Source: a virus
Taxonomy: Duplodnaviria; Heunggongvirae; Uroviricota; Caudoviricetes
Length of the DNA stretch: 31,283 bases
Virus record (IMG/VR): IMGVR_UViG_2579778786_000007
Strand: one strand, 5' to 3'
Shown here: one piece after another, positions 1-8,829 of the stretch
Position numbering within the stretch: the stretch's first letter is position 1
How the letters are laid out: each line of letters begins with the position of its first letter
Notes under the pieces: generated by a model
The model's input: the letters and a program-made list of their open reading frames with translations, nothing else
The model's database searches: none
Told to the model about the DNA's origin: nothing
Program-made: the position numbers and the translations under genes

Positions 1-1032
1 TCAAAAACTTGCTATTGATGTTGGTAGTGTTGCCAGCGGATTAAACCGTAATGCAGTTTCCAGGTGATCCGGTGCCAGATGTGCGTAACGCATAGTCATT
101 TTTATATCGTGATGCCCGAGAATTTTTTGTAAGGCCAGGATATTTCCACCCGACATCATGAAGTGCGCCGCAAACGTATGGCGCAGAACGTGTGTCAGTT
201 GACCGCGAGGGAGCACGATAGACGTTTTTTCCATCACGGATAAAAATTGAAAATAGCAGTCTGTAAAGAAATTGAACCCATCAAGCGCCATGATCTCTTC
301 GTAAAGCTCTTTACTGATAGGGATGCTTCTGTTTTTCTTCCCCTTCGTTCTTACAAAGGTAATTCGGTATTTGGTCACCTGTGAGCGGGTAAGATTTACG
401 GCTTCACGCCAACGTGCGCCTGTGCTTAAGCATATCTTAACTACCAGTGCCAGAATTGGGTCCTGACGTTTGCAATCAGCCAGCAATTCAACAATCTGCT
501 CATGGGTAAGCCATGCCATCTCTTTTTCTGCGATGGTGAATTTTCGCATGTTCTCCAGTGGGTTCGGATACGACCATTCGCCCAGGCGGGATAGTTCGCT
601 AAAAACACTACTTAGATAGCTTTGCTCCAGGTTAATGGTGACCGGGCTTGCTCCTTTCTTCCATTTCTCGCTGAAGTAGATCTCACCTGTCAGGCGTTTA
701 TCTCGATAGTGGGCAAACATTTTAGATGTGAGATCAGTTGCAAGGGGATTGCCCAGAGCGTCAACCATCAGCAGCAATTTGTCATAGACATGCTGCCCAG
801 CAGTCAGTGATTTACCATGTAGTTTGAACCATAGCTCAACCACGTCTTTCAGTGTTCGACGATCCACTGATTCACCCAGCCAGGGCTTTGCTTCGGTTTC
901 TTCCATCGTGTGACGCTCAAAAGCCAGTGCTTCGCCTTTGGTGGCGAATTGTTTACGCACACGACGCCCACTACGTCCGGCGGGGTAACATTCGCAAAGC
1001 CATTTTCCTGTGGTGAGTTTTCGTACAGCCAT
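1..1032 (-). CDS. int: P2-type tyrosine integrase (site-specific recombinase)
   Basis: Minus-strand ORF ending with TGA at 1-3. C-terminal half carries the tyrosine-recombinase signature (LSTGARWREA, HVLRHTFAAHFM, MRYAHL). Start chosen at ATG 1032, preceded by GGAGGG, giving 343 aa close to P2 Int (337 aa, from memory); the ORF track extends to 1188. Confidence 0.85.
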   Translation of the reverse strand: MAVRKLTTGKWLCECYPAGRSGRRVRKQFATKGEALAFERHTMEETEAKPWLGESVDRRTLKDVVELWFKLHGKSLTAGQHVYDKLLLMVDALGNPLATDLTSKMFAHYRDKRLTGEIYFSEKWKKGASPVTINLEQSYLSSVFSELSRLGEWSYPNPLENMRKFTIAEKEMAWLTHEQIVELLADCKRQDPILALVVKICLSTGARWREAVNLTRSQVTKYRITFVRTKGKKNRSIPISKELYEEIMALDGFNFFTDCYFQFLSVMEKTSIVLPRGQLTHVLRHTFAAHFMMSGGNILALQKILGHHDIKMTMRYAHLAPDHLETALRFNPLATLPTSIASF

Positions 1033-1051
1033 AAAAAATGCCCTCCAATAG

Positions 1052-1071
1052 AGAGCATTTTTACTGTATGT
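1052..1071. promoter_or_regulatory. LexA-box-like palindrome (taCTGtatgtataacCAGtg) about 20 bp upstream of the int start
   Basis: CTG-N10-CAG spacing matches the SOS box consensus TACTGTATATATATACAGTA at about 16 of 20 positions; closely resembles the stronger box at 7286-7305. Confidence 0.3.
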
Positions 1072-1220
1072 ATAACCAGTGTCAATGTATGAAATCCTGC
1101 GACCATACATCTCACTGAAGCCATAATGAAGTAGGCTATTCTTTTTGCTATGTGAGCATGTAACTTTTGCGGTTAACCTGTGGCTCATTTTTATTTTAGG
1201 CGCAGATATAAAAGCAAAAG

Positions 1221-1412
1221 TTATCGTGAGTTTTTAGTACAGATTTTTTTGGATTTACTAATAGTTCCATCATTGCAAACGAATTTGCCATCAGAGGTAC
1301 AGTGAGAAACACCTCCCTTTTTCCCTGAGCAGGGATAATTTCTAGCATAGGTAGCTAGTGGGTTTAATAACAAAGAACATGACAAAACCACAAAAAATAC
1401 CTTACCAAGCAT
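1221..1412 (-). CDS. Small exported basic Cys-containing protein (63 aa), unknown function; possible lysogenic-conversion moron between cI and int
   Basis: Strong RBS (GGGAGG) 6 nt before the ATG; N-terminal hydrophobic signal-peptide-like segment ([23 protein letters not shown]); mature part Lys-rich with 4 Cys; locally AT-rich. Confidence 0.5.
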   Translation of the reverse strand: MLGKVFFVVLSCSLLLNPLATYARNYPCSGKKGGVSHCTSDGKFVCNDGTISKSKKICTKNSR

Positions 1413-1427
1413 AATTTCCTCCCGGTA

Positions 1428-2003
1428 CTATTTAACATACTTGACTGTTAAGCTTATAATTTTACCAATTATTTCAATGTCTTCTATCTTGCATTCGAAG
1501 GCTCTGTTTCCACCCTCGACGAAGATTCTTCCACCGGGTAAACGAGTAATGTCACGGATCGTTATTTCGCCATCAATACTTATTACCCATTTACCATCAC
1601 GTATATCATCAAATTCCTTATCACAAATAAATTCAGAATTATTATCTGTGATTACAAAAAGATTCTTGAATGCCGACGGTAGAAATTCTCTATCGAAAAT
1701 ATAAAAACCGTCTTCACACAAGGCCCCATCAGATAATACATATTTAGCAACTTCCATAGTATTTGTATTACCTGAAGTTTGCTTTGAACCATGCCCGGTT
1801 GTGAGCCAATTAAGCGAGGTGCCTGTTTCAAGGGCGCACTGGATTACCCATTCTGCTGGGAATGAGTCACGCATGTAGCGTGTGGCGAGTGTACTTTTAG
1901 AGATTCCTAAATGATCGCACAACGCCTGTCGAGTCTTGAATCCATAAGCTTCTACCATGCGCTCTATAGCGCCTCGTCCGCCTTTCTCCAAATTCATGGT
2001 CAC
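1428..2003 (-). CDS. cI: Immunity repressor CI, phage-186 type (HTH DNA-binding)
   Basis: 191-aa ORF divergent from the Apl/CII genes; size matches 186 CI (about 192 aa) rather than P2 C (99 aa); N-terminal HTH-like segment (LCDHLGISKSTLATRYMR). Start is GTG 2003 or ATG 1997. Confidence 0.7.
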   Translation of the reverse strand: MTMNLEKGGRGAIERMVEAYGFKTRQALCDHLGISKSTLATRYMRDSFPAEWVIQCALETGTSLNWLTTGHGSKQTSGNTNTMEVAKYVLSDGALCEDGFYIFDREFLPSAFKNLFVITDNNSEFICDKEFDDIRDGKWVISIDGEITIRDITRLPGGRIFVEGGNRAFECKIEDIEIIGKIISLTVKYVK

Positions 2004-2021
2004 TCCAAGTGAACTTTTATC

Positions 2022-2050
2022 TTGACGATTTCACTGTGCGATCGTATGTT
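2022..2050 (+). promoter_or_regulatory. Candidate rightward early lytic promoter (pR-like): TTGACG-17 nt-TATGTT
   Basis: -35 TTGACG at 2022-2027, 17-nt spacer, -10 TATGTT at 2045-2050, in the cI/apl intergenic region; flanked by inverted GTGAAC (2010-2015) / GTTCAC (2057-2062) half-sites that could be operators. Confidence 0.4.
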
Positions 2051-2122
2051 TATGGTGTTCACAAAATACAAACGATCCGTATTCGTCCTGATTAATCATC
2101 ATTAAACGAGGAATGTTGCATC

Positions 2123-2344
2123 ATGAGACCTAACATTTCAATCACTCTTACCACGCCTCATGTGACTATTGAACGCTATAGCGAGCTGACAGGGCTATCC
2201 ATCGATACCATCAATGACATGTTGGCTGATGGACGCCTTATCCGTCACCGTCTGCGCAAAGATAAAAAACGCGAAAAAGTGATGATCAACATAGCAGCAA
2301 TGACCGTTGATGCGCTTTCAGAATGCAATCTAAACCTTAATTAG
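2123..2344 (+). CDS. Apl/Cox-position small HTH protein (excisionase/switch regulator-like)
   Basis: 73-aa ORF immediately right of the switch region, first gene of the rightward early operon; HTH-like stretch ([21 protein letters not shown]). Confidence 0.5.
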   Translation: MRPNISITLTTPHVTIERYSELTGLSIDTINDMLADGRLIRHRLRKDKKREKVMINIAAMTVDALSECNLNLN

Positions 2345-2376
2345 TTCGATTCTGAGATACATCAGAGGCATTGACC

Positions 2377-2886
2377 ATGTTTGATTACCAAGTTTCCAAA
2401 CATCCACATTTTGATGAAGCCTGTCGTGCATTCGCATTGCGCCACAACCTGGTGCAACTGGCAGAACGTGCTGGCATGAATGTGCAGATTCTGCGGAACA
2501 AGCTGAACCCAGCTCAACCTCATTTATTAACCGCACCAGAAATCTGGCTGCTTACCGATCTGACTGAAGATTCAACGCTGGTAGATGGTTTTCTGGCACA
2601 GATTCATTGTCTGCCATGTGTACCGATTAATGAGGTGGCAAAAGAGAAACTGCCACATTACGTCATGAGTGCAACCGCAGAGATCGGGCGTGTTGCTGCA
2701 GGTGCGGTATCTGGCGATGTAAAAACCTGTGCCGGTCGTCGTGATGCTATCAGCAGCATTAACTCTGTAACACGACTGATGGCGCTGGCGGCTGTTTCAT
2801 TGCAGGCCCGTTTACAGGCTAATCCTGCGATGGCGAGTGCAGTTGATACCGTGACTGGCCTCGGTGCTTCATTCGGTTTGCTGTGA
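2377..2886 (+). CDS. cII: CII-like lysogeny-establishment activator (phage 186 CII family)
   Basis: 169 aa from ATG 2377 (the ORF track uses TTG 2371); size and position match 186 CII; GAGG RBS 7 nt upstream. Confidence 0.6.
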   Translation: MFDYQVSKHPHFDEACRAFALRHNLVQLAERAGMNVQILRNKLNPAQPHLLTAPEIWLLTDLTEDSTLVDGFLAQIHCLPCVPINEVAKEKLPHYVMSATAEIGRVAAGAVSGDVKTCAGRRDAISSINSVTRLMALAAVSLQARLQANPAMASAVDTVTGLGASFGLL

Positions 2887-2893
2887 GGTGCTT

Positions 2894-3094
2894 ATGCTGA
2901 CGAAAGAACCATCATTTGCATCGCTGCTGGTAAAACAAAGCCCGGCAATGCACTACGGTCACGGCTGGATCATGGGTGAGGATGGTAAACGCTGGCATCC
3001 GTGCCGTTCACAAGATGAATTGCTGGCAGAACTATCTACGAAAAAACGGGGGAACAAATGGCTATTGAAGGCACTGCGGCGACTGTTCCATTAA
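2894..3094 (+). CDS. Hypothetical early protein (Fil-position small ORF)
   Basis: ATG 2894 preceded by GAGGTG; small ORF after cII in the same orientation. Confidence 0.4.
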   Translation: MLTKEPSFASLLVKQSPAMHYGHGWIMGEDGKRWHPCRSQDELLAELSTKKRGNKWLLKALRRLFH

Positions 3095-3399
3095 GCCCCG
3101 GTGAACGCCTGAATGGACTTAATCACATTGCGGAATTAAGGGCGAAAGTTTTTGGCCTGAATATTGAGTCAGAGCTTGAGCGGTTTATTAAAGATATGCG
3201 TGATCCATGGGATATCAATAATGAACAAAATAAAAGGGCACTGGCTGCCATATTCTTTATGGCAAAAATTCCAGCTGAACGTCATAGCACCAGCATTAAT
3301 GAGCTGACCACTGACGAAAAGCGGGAGTTGATTAAAGCAATGAATCATTTTCGTGCAGTGGTGAGCTTATTTCCCAGACGGCTAACCATGCCGAATTAA
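3058..3399 (+). CDS. Hypothetical early protein (113 aa)
   Basis: ORF in the early operon; no recognisable motif. Confidence 0.45.
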   Translation: MAIEGTAATVPLSPGERLNGLNHIAELRAKVFGLNIESELERFIKDMRDPWDINNEQNKRALAAIFFMAKIPAERHSTSINELTTDEKRELIKAMNHFRAVVSLFPRRLTMPN

Positions 3400-3460
3400 C
3401 CAACTAATGAAATTAATGGCGTAAACCCGCCGGGCATCCCTTTATCTAAATTCAGGAGAA

Positions 3461-3700
3461 TTGATTATGCGTAATATTGAAATCCTCACGACTAAAACCG
3501 GACCGGATGACGCAGGGCTTAATATTTTACTGACAGAGGCTCGTCTGGAAGAACGCCGGGCAAGGGCTGAAGCAATGGCAGCTCGCCTTGATAGCCTGGC
3601 GTGTCATATCACATCCCGCCAGCTAAACCACGTCGAAGCAGCAGAACTGCTGCGTGTGACTGCTGAAGCAATCCAGAGCGAAGCGCAGGAGATCCACTAA
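3461..3700 (+). CDS. Hypothetical early protein (79 aa)
   Basis: AGGAG RBS upstream; stop overlaps the start of the next gene. Confidence 0.45.
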   Translation: MIMRNIEILTTKTGPDDAGLNILLTEARLEERRARAEAMAARLDSLACHITSRQLNHVEAAELLRVTAEAIQSEAQEIH

Positions 3701-3927
3701 TGGCTGATGCAATGGATCTCGTACAGCAGCGCGTTGAAGAAGAACGCCAGCGCCATATCCGTGCTGCCCGTGCCAAAACACCGGGCGTGTCTCGCGTGCT
3801 TTGTATTGAATGTGAAGCGCCAATTCCGCCAGCACGCCGCCGCGCCATTCCGGGTGTGCAGCTTTGCATTACCTGTCAGGAAATCGCAGAGCTGAAAGGC
3901 AAACATTACAACGGAGGTGTTGTATGA
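3700..3927 (+). CDS. TraR/DksA-family C4 zinc-finger protein
   Basis: 75 aa with CxxC...CxxC (CIECEAP...CITCQE), typical of phage TraR-like proteins. Confidence 0.7.
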   Translation: MADAMDLVQQRVEEERQRHIRAARAKTPGVSRVLCIECEAPIPPARRRAIPGVQLCITCQEIAELKGKHYNGGVV

Positions 3928-4781
3928 GCACCATCCTGAAATGGGCGGGAAATAAAACCGCCATTATGTCCGAACTGAAAAAACATCTTCCTGCTGGCCC
4001 GCGACTGGTTGAACCTTTCGCGGGGTCCTGTGCTGTGATGATGGAGACGGATTATCCCAGCTATCTGGTTGCGGATATTAATCCTGATTTAATCAACCTC
4101 TATAAAAAGGTTGCCGCTGATTGTGAATCGTTTATATCTCGCGCCAGAGTTTTATTTGAGATCGCAAACAGGGAGGTGGCTTATTACAACATAAGGCAGG
4201 AGTTTAATTACTCAACTGAAATTACTGATTTCATGAAAGCGGTATATTTCCTGTATCTCAATCGTCACGGTTACCGTGGTTTATGTCGCTATAACAAGAG
4301 CGGGCATTTCAACATTCCCTACGGTAATTATAAAAATCCGTATTTCCCTGAAAAAGAAATTCGCGCATTTGCAGAAAAGGCCCAGCGAGCAACGTTTATC
4401 TGCGCCAGCTTTGATGAAACGCTGGCGATGTTGAAGGCGGGAGATGTGGTGTATTGCGATCCGCCGTATGACGGTACGTTTTCCGGCTATCACACTGATG
4501 GTTTCACTGAAGATGACCAGTATCACCTGGCATCCGTTCTTGAACATCGGTCATCAGAAGGACATCCGGTCATTGTTTCTAACAGTGACACATCCCTGAT
4601 CCGTTCGCTGTATCGCAATTTTACTCACCACTATATCAAGGTAAAACGCAGCATCGGTGTGGCAGCTGGCGAGGGTAAATCAGCAACAGAAATCATTGCT
4701 GTTTCCGGGCCGCGCTGCTGGATGGGATTTGATTATTCGCGTGGCGTGGATAGTTCTGCCGTGTACGGAGTACGTGCATGA
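3924..4781 (+). CDS. dam: DNA N6-adenine methyltransferase (Dam-like)
   Basis: ATG 3924 with GGAGG 6 nt upstream, overlapping the TraR stop (ATGA); N-terminal ILKWAGNK AdoMet-binding motif and catalytic DPPY (CDPPYDGTF). Confidence 0.85.
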   Translation: MSTILKWAGNKTAIMSELKKHLPAGPRLVEPFAGSCAVMMETDYPSYLVADINPDLINLYKKVAADCESFISRARVLFEIANREVAYYNIRQEFNYSTEITDFMKAVYFLYLNRHGYRGLCRYNKSGHFNIPYGNYKNPYFPEKEIRAFAEKAQRATFICASFDETLAMLKAGDVVYCDPPYDGTFSGYHTDGFTEDDQYHLASVLEHRSSEGHPVIVSNSDTSLIRSLYRNFTHHYIKVKRSIGVAAGEGKSATEIIAVSGPRCWMGFDYSRGVDSSAVYGVRA

Positions 4782-7192
4782 GTCATGCCGATATGAACAA
4801 CTGCTGCGGCTTTAACGAGGCTGCCGCAGCGTTCTCATGGAACAGCCCGAAAAAGGCCATTAACCCTTATCTGGACCCGGCGGAAGTTGCGCCGGTTTCT
4901 ACGCTTTCAAACCTGATCACTCTGTACGCTGCCGATAACGAGCAGGAACAGTTGCGCCGCGAGGCACTGAGTGATCAGGTCTGGGAGCGTTATTTCTTTA
5001 ATGAATCACGTGATCCTGTCCAGCGCGAAATGGAGCAGGATAAGCTCATTAGCCGGGCAAAGCTGGCGCATGAGCAGCAGCGTTTTAATTCAGACATGGT
5101 CATTCTGGCGGACGTCAACGCCCAGCCTTCCCATATCAGCAAGCCGCTGATGCAACGTATTGAATACTTCAGCAGCCTGGGCAGGCCAAAGGCTTATTCC
5201 CGCTATTTACGTGAGACGATTAAGCCATGTCTGGAACGACTGGAGCATGTACGCGACAGTCAGCTATCTGCATCTTTTCGCTTTATGGCAAGCCATGAAG
5301 GGCTGGACGGCCTGCTGATCCTGCCTGAAATGAGTCAGGATCAGGTGAAACGCCTGTCCACCTTGGTAGCTGCGCATATGAGTATGTGCCTTGATGCAGC
5401 TTGTGGTGATTTGTATGCCACCGATGACGTTAAGCCAGAAGAAATCCGCAAGACATGGGAAAAGGTGGCAGCGGAAACCCTGCGTCTGGATGTCATCCCG
5501 CCTGCGTTTGAGCAACTCCGTCGGAAAAGAAACCGCCGTAAACCCGTGCCCTATGAACTCATTCCGGGTTCGCTGGCGCGTATGCTGTGCGCCGACTGGT
5601 GGTATCGGAAATTGTGGAAGATGCGTTGCGAATGGCGGGAAGAGCAGTTGCGTGCTGTCTGCCTGGTCAGCAAAAAAGCATCTCCCTATGTCAGCTATGA
5701 AGCCGTGATGCATAAACGTGAGCAGCGCCGTAAGTCACTGGAGTTTTTCCGTTCTCATGAACTGGTGAACGAAGACGGAGACGCGCTGGATATGGAAGAT
5801 GTGGTAAACGCCAGCAGCAGCAACCCGGCGCATCGTCGCAATGAGATGATGGCCTGTGTTAAAGGTCTGGAGCTTATCGCGGAAATGCGCGGTGACTGCG
5901 CCGTTTTCTACACCATTACCTGTCCGTCACGTTTCCATTCCACGCTCAATAACGGCAGACCCAACCCGACATGGACAAATGCGACGGTAAGACAAAGCAG
6001 CGATTATCTGGTCGGTACGTTTGCTGCATTTCGTAAGGCGATGCACAAAGCCGGGTTGCGCTGGTATGGCGTGCGGGTGGCTGAGCCGCATCATGACGGC
6101 ACAGTTCACTGGCACCTGTTGTGTTTCATGCGCAAAAAAGACCGCCGCGCCATTACTGCATTGTTGCGTAAGTTTGCTATCCGTGAAGACCGTGAGGAGC
6201 TGGGCAATAACACGGGGCCGCGCTTTAAGTCTGAGCTGATTAACCCGCGAAAAGGAACGCCGACAAGCTACATCGCGAAATACATCAGTAAGAACATTGA
6301 TGGGCGTGGTCTGGCTGGCGAAATCAGCAAGGAAACGGGTAAATCCCTGCGTGATAACGCTGAATACGTTAATGCCTGGGCGTCTCTGCATCGTGTTCAG
6401 CAATTTCGCTTCTTTGGTATTCCGGGGCGTCAGGCGTACCGTGAATTGCGATTGCTGGCTGGTCAGGCGGCAAGGCAACAGGGTGACAAAAAAGCAGGTG
6501 CGCCGGTACTGGATAACCCGCGCCTTGATGCCATTCTGGCTGCTGCTGATGCTGGTTGTTTTGCCACCTACATTATGAAGCAGGGCGGCGTACTGGTTCC
6601 CCGCAAATATCACCTTATCAGAACAGCTTATGAAATTAACGAAGAGCCGACCGCCTATGGCGATCACGGTATTCGTATTTATGGCATCTGGTCACCCATT
6701 GCAGAGGGCAAGATTTGTACTCATGCAGTGAAGTGGAAAATGGTTCGTAAGGCCGTTGACGTTCAGGAGGCGGCAGCCGACCAGGGCGCTTGCGCCCCTT
6801 GGACTCGTGGCAATAACTGTCCCCTTGCTGAAAATTTGAACCAACAGGAGAAAGATAAATCAGCTGATGGGGACCCCAGAACGGACTTTACCCGCATGGA
6901 TGACAAGGAGTTGCACGATTACCTGCACAGTATGAACAAAAAGGAGCGCCGGGAACTGGCTGCAAGGTTACGTCTGGTGAAACCGAAACGGCGTAGAGAC
7001 TACAAACAGCGAATTACAGACCATCAACGACAGCAGCTCGTCTATGAACTGAAATCCAGAGGATTTGATGGCAGCGAGAAAGAGGTCGATTTACTCCTTC
7101 GCGGCGGCAGTATTCCGTCAGGAGCAGGCCTGCGTATCTTCTATCGGAACCAGCGTTTGCAGGAAGATGATAAGTGGCGGAACCTGTATTAA
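4778..7192 (+). CDS. A: Replication initiation protein A (rolling-circle replication endonuclease, P2 gpA family)
   Basis: 804-aa ORF, start overlapping the dam stop; size and position match gpA of P2/186. Confidence 0.85.
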   Translation: MSHADMNNCCGFNEAAAAFSWNSPKKAINPYLDPAEVAPVSTLSNLITLYAADNEQEQLRREALSDQVWERYFFNESRDPVQREMEQDKLISRAKLAHEQQRFNSDMVILADVNAQPSHISKPLMQRIEYFSSLGRPKAYSRYLRETIKPCLERLEHVRDSQLSASFRFMASHEGLDGLLILPEMSQDQVKRLSTLVAAHMSMCLDAACGDLYATDDVKPEEIRKTWEKVAAETLRLDVIPPAFEQLRRKRNRRKPVPYELIPGSLARMLCADWWYRKLWKMRCEWREEQLRAVCLVSKKASPYVSYEAVMHKREQRRKSLEFFRSHELVNEDGDALDMEDVVNASSSNPAHRRNEMMACVKGLELIAEMRGDCAVFYTITCPSRFHSTLNNGRPNPTWTNATVRQSSDYLVGTFAAFRKAMHKAGLRWYGVRVAEPHHDGTVHWHLLCFMRKKDRRAITALLRKFAIREDREELGNNTGPRFKSELINPRKGTPTSYIAKYISKNIDGRGLAGEISKETGKSLRDNAEYVNAWASLHRVQQFRFFGIPGRQAYRELRLLAGQAARQQGDKKAGAPVLDNPRLDAILAAADAGCFATYIMKQGGVLVPRKYHLIRTAYEINEEPTAYGDHGIRIYGIWSPIAEGKICTHAVKWKMVRKAVDVQEAAADQGACAPWTRGNNCPLAENLNQQEKDKSADGDPRTDFTRMDDKELHDYLHSMNKKERRELAARLRLVKPKRRRDYKQRITDHQRQQLVYELKSRGFDGSEKEVDLLLRGGSIPSGAGLRIFYRNQRLQEDDKWRNLY

Positions 7193-7285
7193 TTACGCTG
7201 GTTAACAATTCGTGCTCTTAATAATACCAGGCATATCAAGCTGATAAGCGTAAAAAAAACGTTTTACATCAGTAAGATTATTATA

Positions 7286-7305
7286 TACTGTAAATATAAA
7301 CAGTG
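7286..7305. promoter_or_regulatory. LexA (SOS) box taCTGtaaatataaaCAGtg
   Basis: 17 of 20 matches to TACTGTATATATATACAGTA with correct CTG-N10-CAG spacing, in an AT-rich promoter-like region about 40 bp upstream of the orf62/DinI-like operon. Confidence 0.6.
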
Positions 7306-7346
7306 GTTATACATACAGTATTTCTTGTGGTGTCATAGGAGGAAAG

Positions 7347-7535
7347 ATGCAGGACTATTTTTTGGAGTCTTTGAAGCTCCAGCGCATTGATTTTTTTCTT
7401 AAGCTTGTAGCGGCTAGTGAGTGTAGTGATGAAGAGAAGGGGCTGGCTCTGCAGTGGGTTTCTGAATTGACTGATGAACTCATGGCAAAAATCAGAAGCC
7501 ACGAATACAACCGCTCAATGGATGTCATCAGCTGA
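7347..7535 (+). CDS. Small hypothetical protein (62 aa), first ORF of the putative SOS operon; possibly the N-terminal part of a split Tum-like gene
   Basis: Strong RBS AGGAGG 6 nt before the ATG; downstream frame overlaps the upstream-open frame of the DinI-like gene (7471-7535). Confidence 0.45.
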   Translation: MQDYFLESLKLQRIDFFLKLVAASECSDEEKGLALQWVSELTDELMAKIRSHEYNRSMDVIS

Positions 7536-7545
7536 GGTGACTTTT

Positions 7546-7779
7546 ATGCGCATTGAAATAATGATCGATAAAGAGCAGAAGATTAGCCAGTCTACCCTGG
7601 ACGCCCTTGAATCCGAGCTTTACCGCAATCTGCGCCCCCTGTATCCCAAAACGGTAATCCGTATCCGTAAAGGTAGCTCTAACGGTGTGGAACTGACCGG
7701 ACTGCAACTGGACGAAGAAAGAAAACAAGTGATGAAAATTATGCAGAAGGTGTGGGAAGACGACAGCTGGCTGCATTGA
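7546..7779 (+). CDS. DinI-family protein (phage 186 Tum antirepressor-like)
   Basis: 77 aa; MRIEI...DALESEL...WEDDSW aligns with E. coli DinI (MRIEV...DALAGEL...WESADDW); GAGGTG RBS; location after A matches the 186 SOS operon. Confidence 0.75.
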   Translation: MRIEIMIDKEQKISQSTLDALESELYRNLRPLYPKTVIRIRKGSSNGVELTGLQLDEERKQVMKIMQKVWEDDSWLH

Positions 7780-7892
7780 TTTTGTCAATAGACGCTTGTT
7801 TTTACTAATCAAAAAGGGTTACATATGAGTGAGAGGCGATGTCAATCGGATATCGCCTTGTTTTTTGTCAAGAAAAGAATAATAGGCTAAAA

Positions 7893-8570
7893 ATGAAAAT
7901 TAATAATGTAGCGTTACCAATATCTCTTGCTGTAATCCTAACTGGTTGCGTGCCACATGCTTCTAACCGAAATATCACTGCTATTGAAGTGGTGAAGCCT
8001 GCTATTGGGCAAAGTGCTACCGCCTACATGGGCGATCCCATTATCACATCTGCTACTGGATTTAAAACGGACGTACTAGAACTTGGTGCGGCTAATGGTG
8101 CATTGTCTTCTATCGCTGCTGGTACATATTGCAGTGAGGGGAATGGAATTTACCGCAATTATCATAACCCTCAAGCTGTTGCGTTAAAAAATCTCTATGG
8201 GCAAATCGGTAACTATGTTGATTATGTTAGTTACGATGCTGCAAAAAATGAGATATCACCGCCAAATGGTACTTCTTATACTGCATCAGAAATTTCTATC
8301 AAACGTGTTCCTGATGGGCTGTGTCGAGTTAGTAACTCATTGGTTAAGACTATCGAATACAATGGAAATGCAGGCGGTGTAATGAAGTTCACCTATCGTG
8401 AATTTGCAAACGATATGGCTCGTGCAGCATTTACAACAGATTTTTCTGTAGATTCTAAGGGAAGTGACGTTATCGCTTACAAAGGTGCCAAGTTCAAAGT
8501 GAACAAGGCTGATAACTCGTCTATTTCTTATACAATTATTTCTGGCTTTGACAAGGCTGTCACGTTCTAG
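7893..8570 (+). CDS. Predicted outer-membrane lipoprotein, unknown function (cargo gene)
   Basis: Signal peptide with lipobox (AVILTG|C) and no Asp at +2; AT-rich relative to the phage backbone; no recognisable catalytic motif. Confidence 0.6.
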   Translation: MKINNVALPISLAVILTGCVPHASNRNITAIEVVKPAIGQSATAYMGDPIITSATGFKTDVLELGAANGALSSIAAGTYCSEGNGIYRNYHNPQAVALKNLYGQIGNYVDYVSYDAAKNEISPPNGTSYTASEISIKRVPDGLCRVSNSLVKTIEYNGNAGGVMKFTYREFANDMARAAFTTDFSVDSKGSDVIAYKGAKFKVNKADNSSISYTIISGFDKAVTF

Positions 8571-8674
8571 TTTTCACGCTTACTGAGTATGTTACGATTT
8601 TGCACATTCTGCATAAGCGCGCATGTCTATGCTGCATGAGATCGCATGATCGTTTGAGGATCTTTTGTGTTAAG

Positions 8675-8698
8675 GCCCGCCAGTTCTGGCGGGCTTTT
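8675..8698 (+). terminator. Rho-independent terminator candidate (GC-rich hairpin plus T-tract)
   Basis: gcccgcc-agttct-ggcgggc followed by TTTT, about 105 bp downstream of the lipoprotein gene. Confidence 0.5.
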
Positions 8699-8743
8699 GC
8701 GTAGATCATGCAGGTGCATGAAAACCACTACATAAAGCGGGCA

Positions 8744-8762
8744 GGCGTGGCGGGGATACGAG
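8744..8762. other. cos-like sequence (candidate cohesive-end site)
   Basis: GGCGTGGCGGGGATACGAG shares its first 13 nt with the 186/P2 cohesive end as I recall it (GGCG(T/A)GGCGGGGAAAGCA); positionally consistent with cos lying between the right-end accessory genes and Q. Confidence 0.3.
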
Positions 8763-8829
8763 CGCGCGCAACGGGTTGTCATTCAAACTCCAATGCTATA
8801 AAACTGTGTAATACAAACAACTAAAGTAG

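Noticed and set aside
1033-1188. N-terminal extension of the integrase ORF to 395 aa
   Set aside because: The extension (MSHRLTAKVTCSHSKK...) has no integrase-like sequence and no RBS; the start at 1032 has GGAGGG upstream and gives a P2-Int-sized protein.
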